From Archangiaceae bacterium (GTDB lineage: Bacteria > Myxococcota > Myxococcia > Myxococcales > Myxococcaceae), in assembly GCA_043750125.1 (NCBI GenBank), contig JAYVCD010000055.1:1-17271 (forward strand): DNA of 17,271 nt, in the 5' to 3' direction. The notes under the pieces were generated by a model, which saw nothing but the letters and a program-made list of their open reading frames with translations, was not told the origin of the DNA and ran no database searches. Positions 8,401-14,805 of this stretch are shown piece after piece (within the stretch, counting starts at the first letter, position 1; each line of letters begins with the position of its first letter). The position numbers and the translations under genes are program-made.

Positions 8401-9010
8401 TGCGATCGAAGAGCACGCCCAGCTGAAGGAACGGTTCGATTTCCTCTCGAAGCAGAAGGCAGATCTCACCGATTCGCTCACCCAGCTCGAAGAGGCGATC
8501 GTGAAGATCGATCGCACCAGCCGCGAGCGCTTCAAGCAGACGTTCGAAGCGGTGAACGAGAAGTTCCAGCAGATCTATCCGCGGCTCTTCGGCGGGGGGC
8601 GCGCGTCGCTGACGCTGACCCAGGAAGGAGTAGGGCAGGAAGCGGGCGTCGAGATCATCGCCCAGCCTCCGGGAAAGAAACTGCAGAACGTCAACCTGCT
8701 GTCCGGTGGCGAGAAAGCGCTCACCGCCGTCTCGATGATCTTCGCGATTTTCCTGATCAAGCCCACTCCGTTCTGTCTGCTCGACGAAGTCGACGCGCCA
8801 CTCGATGAGGGCAACGTCGGTCGCTACAACGAGATGGTCAAAGAGATGAGCAAGCAGTCTCAGTTCATTCTGATCACCCACAACAAGCGGACGATGGAAG
8901 CGGTCGACACCCTGTACGGGGTGACGATGGAAGAGCCCGGTGTCTCGAAGCTGGTGTCGGTGAAGCTCAGCGACGCTGCGGCCGCGAACAGCGATCAGCA
9001 GGTCGCCTGA
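5420..9010 (+). CDS. smc: Chromosome segregation protein SMC
   Basis: 1196 aa. GFKSF, Walker A GPNGCGKSN, Q-loop IIEQG, EEAAG, long coiled coils, central hinge (AIEAALG...GRSTF...GGVVTGG), signature LSGGEK, Walker B/D-loop LLDEVDAPLD, H-loop ITH. Confidence 0.98.
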   Translation: MRIKRLDITGFKSFMDRVVFQFDLGVTGVVGPNGCGKSNVVDAIRWVMGEQSAKNLRGRGMEDVIFNGSELHAPLSMAEVTLSFKIDDGDLLPAPLAGLSEVSVTRRMFRGSNESEYAINKVACRMLDITELFLGTGVGTRAYSIIEQGRVGQIVSARPEDRRSFIEEAAGVTKYKARRKAAERKMESTQGNLLRVNDIVQELERRLESLERQAKKAEKYKKLKAEMRELELHVQSHRWLELNAQKKVLELQLSSLSNEERESYARVQGLEAEIEQRRATIDAEGQAIEHAALELSLLEGQEKLDAQNLGHWRTDAESIRARLTKAQSDADALAERGSELQSALEQCQAELSQLAVGSKEDEVALQVSEEEIRRVGNLSTEVAARLDLERKELVEAVTKVANHETHLTDLLNRRAELEHRRGGHEGEVETLKAEEAQLEAARAEVLDRVGNSRQNAHELATRRTDEESQLSRTREEFAENEIQVICLREELADKRSRLNSLQEIARNYEGYDRGVRAVMLKAGEDPKAMGVFGVVSDVVTAPPQFEKAIEAALGERLQHIIVETPEKGFELVEHLRELSEGRSTFVPVIGGLSLAAVEGDGAPGTRAIDAVTVTEEVLRPVVQLLLQDVMLVSDLAMAREQAVKFPLLTFATENGEVLRPGGVVTGGVLEGPAVGALQKRREIGELELQVKQLEEGYNEIVTRHYELQKQMGHREGVLKALAKNEHAEEISLATHEKDLTQAGQGLVKLRERIRVVDSEAAQLTEAMQLLSSEEVSSRGEVAHGQTDRDARDERVRLMSSELEALKARAQLLSGQLTEVKVRVASASQKGEGAHRAVEQLQTQATETAARAQAIGAERDEGATHLELRMMQIEETAERQAARASALASSGTNLEQRRAGHTEAATKVRQDEAALKDLRSRLDTVIHGLSEISIKDRELSLEQDHLVATIRERHAIEVGDAIHQYHLLPRPSAEAEQKTKDLRIQIERMGEVNLTAIEEHAQLKERFDFLSKQKADLTDSLTQLEEAIVKIDRTSRERFKQTFEAVNEKFQQIYPRLFGGGRASLTLTQEGVGQEAGVEIIAQPPGKKLQNVNLLSGGEKALTAVSMIFAIFLIKPTPFCLLDEVDAPLDEGNVGRYNEMVKEMSKQSQFILITHNKRTMEAVDTLYGVTMEEPGVSKLVSVKLSDAAAANSDQQVA

Positions 9011-9026
9011 AGGCACCGCGTTGGGC

Positions 9027-9686
9027 TCACGGCGTCTGGACCCCCGAGTCTGCAGTCCATGGAAACAGGGTTCGCAGCGCCTCGAAGTCGACCGGGGTGA
9101 TCGGAATTTCGAGCAGGACTCCGGCGGTTCGCAGCCGAAGCTTCTGGGCCCCCCGGCCGCGGGGGGCTGCGGTGATGTCGGCAGTTCGGGCGCACAGGCC
9201 CCCGGGAAGCTGAGCCACAGAGCTCAACACCTGCTCGAGCCCCTCGAGCGGCAACCGAGTCAGCTGCTCGAGCAAGAACGCCTCTGAGATTGGCAGGTCG
9301 AGCTGGGTCGGAACAATCTTCCGCAGCAGGGGCGCTGCCATTCCACGGGGCACAAAGCACAGCCCCTTGCCGTGAAGCAGCGCCAGGCCTTCTGCATCGG
9401 GGCCGGCCTGCGAGAGCCAACCGGGAAGGAGCACCACGGTTCCCGAGGGGGGGGGGCGATCGACTCCCTTCAGCGGCTCATCGCGGTACAGCAGAAACAG
9501 CACCGCGAGCTGAACGGGCGAGGTGACGACGGGCAGGGACAGCGGGGGGATGGCGTCGATCGAAATTCCCGTGTTGCGGCCCAGCAAGTCCACCCCGTCG
9601 GGTTCGATGGCTTTGAGCGGCACTTCGATCGGAACTCAGCGGTAAGGAATCCACACCAGCCGGTCGACCAGCAATACCCTCGAGCC
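9027..9686 (-). pseudogene. Probably disrupted gene for a hypothetical protein (PH-like beta pattern); in-frame TGA at 9638-9636; downstream ORF 9027..9623
   Basis: One frame reads ...RVLLVDRLVWIPYR*VPIEVPLKAIEPDGVDLL..., protein-like on both sides of a single TGA. No SD before the GTG at 9623 and no convincing start upstream. G10 tract at 9447-9456. 5' boundary approximate. Confidence 0.55.
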
Positions 9687-9812
9687 GAATGCGAATTTGC
9701 TGGGAAGGCTCTGACCTGGCTCGAGGTTCGCTCGCGTCGACTGGTTTCCAAGATCCTTTAGCGGGCAGAGCCGTTCGACGCCGCTTCCCCCGCTTTTCCA
9801 GGAGTTCAGGTC

Positions 9813-10937
9813 ATGAAACACGTCTGTCTGCTCGCCTCTTGCGTTGCCGCATTGTTCGCCGCCCCCTGCCTTGCCGCCGATCGCGCCCTCGACAGCGCAG
9901 ATCCGAAGATCCAACTGGCGATCTTGATCGACACCAGCTCGAGCATGGACGGGCTGATCAACCAGACCCGCGAGCAGCTGTGGAAGATCGTCAACACCTT
10001 CGCTACCGCAAAGAAGAACGGGAAGAAGCCGCGCTTCGAGCTGGCGCTCTACGAATATGGAAACGACAGCCTGCCCCGCGAAGGCAACTTCATTCGAATG
10101 GTCTCCGGGCTGACCACCGATCTCGACAAGGTCAGCGAGCAGTTGCACAAGCTGCGCACCAACGGCGGCGACGAATACTGCGGCGCGGTCATTGCCAAGG
10201 CCGTCAGCCAGCTCGAGTGGAGCAAGAACAAGGGTGACCTCAAGCTCATTTACATCGCGGGCAATGAGCCGTTCACCCAGGGGCCAGTGAACTACGTGAC
10301 GGCTGTCAAGGACGCGATCGAGCATGGAATCGTGGTCAACACCATTCACGCGGGTGACCAGGCTGCGGGCATCAGCGGCAAGTGGAAGGACGCAGCGATG
10401 CTCGCAGACGGCAACTTCCTCACCATCGACCAGAACCGCGCGATCGTGCAGATCAACGCCCCGCAGGATGCCGAGATTGCCCGGCTGGGCAATGCGCTGA
10501 ACAAGACCTACGTCGGCTACGGCGATGAGGCTCCTGCCGCGGTGGTTCGCCAGGAAGCGCAGGACAAGGCCGCGATGGGAATGTCTCTGGGCAGTGGCAC
10601 GGCACGCGCGGTGACCAAGTCTTCGGCCCAGTACGACAACAGCAACTGGGACCTGATTGACGCAAAGAGGAAGGGCGCCGACGTGGGGAAGATGCCGACC
10701 GCCGCCCTGCCGGCCGCGATGCAGGCAATGAAGCCCGCCGAGCGAGTCGAGTACGTCGAAGGGAAGGCGAAAGAGCGGGCCGAGATCCAGCAGAAGATCG
10801 GGGCGCTCAATGCCGCGCGCGAGCAGTTCGTGAAGGCCGAAGAGAAGAAAGGCGGTGGGAAGAAGGAAGCCACACTCGACACTGCGTTGCTCGAGTCGGC
10901 GAAGGCGCAAGGCGCGAAGTCCGATTTCGCTTTTTGA
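9813..10937 (+). CDS. Secreted von Willebrand factor type A (vWA) domain protein
   Basis: AGGAG RBS at 9800-9804. Signal peptide. IQLAILIDTSSSM (MIDAS DxSxS), LALYEYG, GGDEYCG, IYIAGNEPF, IVVNTI. Helical, charged C-terminal region. Confidence 0.9.
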   Translation: MKHVCLLASCVAALFAAPCLAADRALDSADPKIQLAILIDTSSSMDGLINQTREQLWKIVNTFATAKKNGKKPRFELALYEYGNDSLPREGNFIRMVSGLTTDLDKVSEQLHKLRTNGGDEYCGAVIAKAVSQLEWSKNKGDLKLIYIAGNEPFTQGPVNYVTAVKDAIEHGIVVNTIHAGDQAAGISGKWKDAAMLADGNFLTIDQNRAIVQINAPQDAEIARLGNALNKTYVGYGDEAPAAVVRQEAQDKAAMGMSLGSGTARAVTKSSAQYDNSNWDLIDAKRKGADVGKMPTAALPAAMQAMKPAERVEYVEGKAKERAEIQQKIGALNAAREQFVKAEEKKGGGKKEATLDTALLESAKAQGAKSDFAF

Positions 10938-11007
10938 GGTCCTTGTCGCTGAAAGCGCGTGACGCGGGATTTGGCGCGCGGCCTTTGACGGCGGATACTG
11001 CTGTCAC

Positions 11008-12192
11008 TTGCCGCCGCGCCTCTTGCTTGTTGTCGTCCTGCTCGGTGGGTGTGGTCGCACCGAGGTCTACCCTCGGGTCATCTCGGGGTCGGTGTGTGGC
11101 GACAAGATCGTGCTCGGCCCCGAAGAGTGTGACGACGGCAATGATGTGGCGACCGACGCTTGCCTGCCCTGGTGCCAGAAGGCCCGCTGCTCGGACGGCT
11201 ACATCTTCGTCGGGGTCGAGCAGTGCGACGATGGGAACCTCGACGACTTCGATGGCTGCACCAATCACTGCGGTCCTCCTGGGTGCGGCGACGGGGTGGT
11301 CCAGCCCGGTGAGGAATGCGATGACGGAAACGATCGCAGCGATGACGCGTGCCTGCCCAGCTGCCTGAAAGCGCGCTGCGGCGACGGAATCGTGCTGGGC
11401 GGGGGCGAAGAGTGCGACGACGGAAATCGCATCGACGACGATCAGTGCGGCAACGACTGCAAGCTTCCGGTGTGCGGCGATGGGGTGAAGGAAGGGTCCG
11501 AGCAGTGTGACCTCGGGCTGCAGAATGGCGACCGCCCCGCGTTCTTGATTTCCCAGCCGTCGGGCACGCGGATCGCGACCAACCCGCTGATCCGCGGGAA
11601 GAGCGCGGTGGACTTCTACGACTATCGCTCGGCTTCGAGCCACACCGGGCTCGAGCAGGTGGGCGAGAGCCGCATCTACCTGTACGTCGATTCCAACACC
11701 GGGCGGCTGAGCCTGATTCTCACCCACGGAATCGACCTCGACTCTTCGGGTTTGAGCCAGCCTTCTTCCAGCGTGAACATGGATGTCGCGGGGCTGCCCT
11801 CGGTCGTGACCGTGGATCTCGCCGATGACGCGCCCAGCGAGTTCTCGAAGTCTGGGCCTACCACCGCGGTAGGGCGCTGGGTCTTCAACCTCAACAGCGA
11901 CGGGGGAATTCTCGGAGGCTTCCCCTTTCCCGGAGTCTGGAAAGTCACCGTGACCCCGACGTTCATGAGCGGCCTGACCAGCTGGGGTTGGGTGAGGCAC
12001 GATGCGCAGCGAATTCCACTGAAGATGACCGAGCCGATCACCATCGAGGCGTTCGACACCTCGGCATTCTGCCGGACCAACTGCATGATCCCCCGCTGCG
12101 GAGACGGGATCCAAGATGGGGCCGAGGTGTGTGACGACGGCAACACCACCGGTGGAGACGGATGCGCCGCCGACTGCAAGAGCTTTCGGTAG
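11008..12192 (+). CDS. Lipoprotein with Myxococcus cysteine-rich repeats (DUF4215-like) and an inserted globular domain
   Basis: TTG start, lipobox LGGC. Six units of C(G/S)DG/K...E(E/Q/V)CD(D/L)G...C...C, the fifth split by ~178 aa. Confidence 0.88.
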   Translation: MPPRLLLVVVLLGGCGRTEVYPRVISGSVCGDKIVLGPEECDDGNDVATDACLPWCQKARCSDGYIFVGVEQCDDGNLDDFDGCTNHCGPPGCGDGVVQPGEECDDGNDRSDDACLPSCLKARCGDGIVLGGGEECDDGNRIDDDQCGNDCKLPVCGDGVKEGSEQCDLGLQNGDRPAFLISQPSGTRIATNPLIRGKSAVDFYDYRSASSHTGLEQVGESRIYLYVDSNTGRLSLILTHGIDLDSSGLSQPSSSVNMDVAGLPSVVTVDLADDAPSEFSKSGPTTAVGRWVFNLNSDGGILGGFPFPGVWKVTVTPTFMSGLTSWGWVRHDAQRIPLKMTEPITIEAFDTSAFCRTNCMIPRCGDGIQDGAEVCDDGNTTGGDGCAADCKSFR

Positions 12193-12237
12193 AAGTGCAT
12201 GCGCGCCAAGCAGCCCAGGTTCTGCTAGCAACTCGAC

Positions 12238-12660
12238 GTGGCCGATTCCCGGGGACACCTCGTATTTGCCTGTGGTGAGAGCCTGTACGCAGTGCCCGCC
12301 GACCGCGCTCAAGAAGTGGTGAGCCTTCCGGCGTTGACCCGCGTTCCGGGCGCTCCCTCGCACTTGTTGGGTGTCTTTGCCCACCGGGGCGAAGTGATTC
12401 CGGTGATCGATTTGGCGATGCTCACCGGGGCAACGGTCGAAGGCACGATGAAGCGCGCGGTGCTGGTGCGCGTCGCCCGGGGAGGCCTGGCCTTGACGGC
12501 CACCCGCGTCGCCGGCATCTCGATTCTTCAGGGCCCCTTCGACCCGCTGGGGACCAGTGGAATCCAGGCGCACCTGACGGGGCCTGCGACGGCGCCGGCT
12601 GGGCAGGTGGCGGTGATCGAGCCGGAAGGCTTTTTCGAATTCCTTGCGCGCGGAGCCTGA
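12238..12660 (+). CDS. cheW: Chemotaxis coupling protein CheW (Che3-like)
   Basis: HLVF...YAVP...QEVV...LTRVPGAPSHLLGVFAHRGEVIPVIDL is the classic CheW pattern. 140 aa, GTG start. Confidence 0.92.
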   Translation: MADSRGHLVFACGESLYAVPADRAQEVVSLPALTRVPGAPSHLLGVFAHRGEVIPVIDLAMLTGATVEGTMKRAVLVRVARGGLALTATRVAGISILQGPFDPLGTSGIQAHLTGPATAPAGQVAVIEPEGFFEFLARGA

Positions 12661-12667
12661 AATCCGG

Positions 12668-13027
12668 ATGAGCACGCAACTCGAGGGAATGGTGCTTTGC
12701 CGGGTGGGCGAGCACCGGCTGGCTTTTCCTGCCTCGGACGTGTCACAGATTTCGGATTGGGCCATCGGAGACGCCGCCCTGCCGCACGCGCGCGCGGCTT
12801 TCTCACTGCCTCCGAGCGCCGGCCGTTGTGTAGAAGACGGGCAGGGTGGGCTGATCGTCGATTCGCTGGAAATTGCTACCGACCCGCTTCCGATGCTCGA
12901 AGTGCCGGCGATGCTGGTCGGCGCTGCGGGAGGCGCTCTGCGGGGGTTCATCGTCCTCTCCGGCGAGCTGTGCCCCGTGCTCGCCGTCACCCCTTTTGCC
13001 CAATTCCTGCAGCGGAGCGAGCGGTGA
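12668..13027 (+). CDS. Divergent, shortened CheW-like protein (CrdC-like)
   Basis: ATG at 12668, 7 nt after the cheW stop. 119 aa. VLCRVGEHRLAFPASDV and VPAML...LRGFIVLSGELCPVL resemble the CheW N- and C-terminal strands. Stop overlaps the MCP start (GTGA). Confidence 0.7.
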   Translation: MSTQLEGMVLCRVGEHRLAFPASDVSQISDWAIGDAALPHARAAFSLPPSAGRCVEDGQGGLIVDSLEIATDPLPMLEVPAMLVGAAGGALRGFIVLSGELCPVLAVTPFAQFLQRSER

Positions 13028-14805
13028 ACGACCCGCCGGGGCTCAAGGGACTCAACCGCTGGGTCACGATGCCCTCGACGGTTTCGGGCCTGGTCGGAAC
13101 GGCGCTCGCAATGCTCTATGCCTTCGTCACGATTTCTTTTCCAGCCGGCACCCTGACAGCGCTCTTCGTCTGCATCGCGATCTTCGTCGGCCTGGCCAAT
13201 GGGTTGGGCGATCGACAAGTCCAGTCAGCGCTGGCAACCGTGAGGCGGGTCGCCACCGGGGCGCACGCGGGCAAAGAGACACTGGGCGATGCGGTGCGCG
13301 AGCTGGCGCAGCTTCCCGATGTCTCGTTCTGGGTAAGCCTGGGTTTCTGGTGCGCCGGCTCGGTGGGAATCGGGCTGACCTACGCGCAGGTCTCTTCGGC
13401 GCCCTGGCAGGTCGCCGCGCGTCTGGCGTTCATCGGGGTCGCTTTGGGCCCGCTGGTCGCGACCCTGGGTTACCTGGGCGTCGTGACCCGAGCCCGAAGG
13501 GCGATCACGGTTATTGCCGGTGGGGGGCTGGCGCCCCGCGAGGTGATTGCGGCGATTCCACCCGCTCGAATGCAGCTGCAGCGCCGACTGATCATCTACG
13601 CGGCGGTCGCGGTCGGCACTCCGATGATGCTGGTGACCGACATGCTGGTGCAGCACACCGAGCGGACCTTCGCGAAGGTCCTGGAGCAGCCGAACAGGCT
13701 CGCCCAGTCGGCCGCGTTGGCCAACGAGCTCGACGCAGGCCTGCTGACGCTGATCCTCGTCGCGCTGCTGGCGATCGCAGGGGTGGGGGTGTGTGCCTAC
13801 CTGTCCGGGACCGCGCTGGGCGAGCCGATGCGCGCTCTGGCGAACAAGGCACGGGCGATGGCGGGCGGAAAGCTCGGGGGCAGCGCGCTGGTCCCGGGTG
13901 AGGACGAGATCTGGGCCACCGCGGCGGCCTTCACCACGCTCGAGACTCAGCTGGTGCTGGTGGTGACTCAGCTGCAGGGCGCGGGGCAGAAGATCCAGGA
14001 AACGACCGAACAGCTGGTCTCGAGTCGCGCCAAGCATGAGCAGGGCACCGGCGACCAGACCGCGGCCCTGGCACAGACTTCGGCCACCACCGAAGAGCTT
14101 GCCCGCAGCGCAAAGCAGATTGCCTTGAATGCCACCCAGGTCGCGACCCTGGCGAGCCAGACGCTGAATGCCGCCCGCGAAGGAAAGGACAACGCGGACC
14201 AGTTCTACCTTTCGATCTTGAAGGTGCGCGAAGGAAACCAGGCGATCGCAGACTCGGTGGTGAAGCTGAACAAGCGGGTCCAGCAGGTGGGTCGAATCGT
14301 CGAGTTCATCGATGGCATCGCCGACAAGTCCGACCTGTTGGCCCTCAACGCCGAGCTCGAGGGCAACAAGGCGGGCGAGGTGGGGCGGGGCTTCTCGCTG
14401 GTGGCGGCCGAGATGCGCAGGCTCTCAGAGAGCGTGATGGGCAGCACCCGCGAGATCATCGGGCTGATCCACGAAGTGCGCGATGCCACCAACGCGGCGG
14501 TGATGGCGACCGAGGCCGGGGTCAAGGCGTCCGACACGGGAAGCGCGCTGGCCCTGAAGGTCAGCGAGGGTCTCTCGGACATCTTGAACTTCGCGACCTC
14601 CACCGCCGACGCCGTACAGCGCATCACCCTGGCGACCCACCAGCAGCAGGTGGGCACCGATCAGCTCGCGCAGACGATGAATGACATTCTGCGCTCGACC
14701 AAGGCAGGCGAGGGGGCCTCGAAAAAAATGTCGAACGCCAACGACGTGCTGCAGACGTTGGCCACCGAGTTGAAGAGCACCGTTGGGCGCTTCGAGGTCA
14801 GCTGA
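13024..14805 (+). CDS. Methyl-accepting chemotaxis protein, ~6 TM + HAMP + signalling domain (Mcp3A-like)
   Basis: True start most likely GTG 13024, coupled to the upstream stop (593 aa), not 12697. Six hydrophobic segments. HAMP PMRALANKARAMAGG...EDEI. Tip IADKSDLLALNAELEGNKAGEVGRGFSLVAAEMRRL. Confidence 0.93.
   Translation: MNDPPGLKGLNRWVTMPSTVSGLVGTALAMLYAFVTISFPAGTLTALFVCIAIFVGLANGLGDRQVQSALATVRRVATGAHAGKETLGDAVRELAQLPDVSFWVSLGFWCAGSVGIGLTYAQVSSAPWQVAARLAFIGVALGPLVATLGYLGVVTRARRAITVIAGGGLAPREVIAAIPPARMQLQRRLIIYAAVAVGTPMMLVTDMLVQHTERTFAKVLEQPNRLAQSAALANELDAGLLTLILVALLAIAGVGVCAYLSGTALGEPMRALANKARAMAGGKLGGSALVPGEDEIWATAAAFTTLETQLVLVVTQLQGAGQKIQETTEQLVSSRAKHEQGTGDQTAALAQTSATTEELARSAKQIALNATQVATLASQTLNAAREGKDNADQFYLSILKVREGNQAIADSVVKLNKRVQQVGRIVEFIDGIADKSDLLALNAELEGNKAGEVGRGFSLVAAEMRRLSESVMGSTREIIGLIHEVRDATNAAVMATEAGVKASDTGSALALKVSEGLSDILNFATSTADAVQRITLATHQQQVGTDQLAQTMNDILRSTKAGEGASKKMSNANDVLQTLATELKSTVGRFEVS

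Noticed and set aside
5420..9010. SMC as part of a Wadjet/MksBEF-type defence system
   Set aside because: Canonical housekeeping SMC motifs and length, with no jetA/B/D or mks neighbours. Unlinked scpAB is common.
9531..9538. KOPS-like GGGCAGGG (also 12839-12846)
   Set aside because: Two 8-mers in 17 kb of GC-rich DNA are weak evidence, and the motif is not known to me to be validated in this lineage.
10971..10988. sigma54 promoter TTGGCGCG upstream of the Cys-rich lipoprotein
   Set aside because: No GC dinucleotide 12 nt after the GG, so the spacing is wrong.
12697..13023. N-terminal extension of the first MCP given in the ORF track
   Set aside because: It overlaps the CheW-like gene in another frame and is Arg-rich nonsense. 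The GTG at 13024 gives a coupled start and a length matching the paralogue.
10807..13218. 803-aa minus-strand ORF
   Set aside because: Antisense shadow of well-supported plus-strand genes in high-GC DNA. Arg/Pro/Ala-rich with no motifs.
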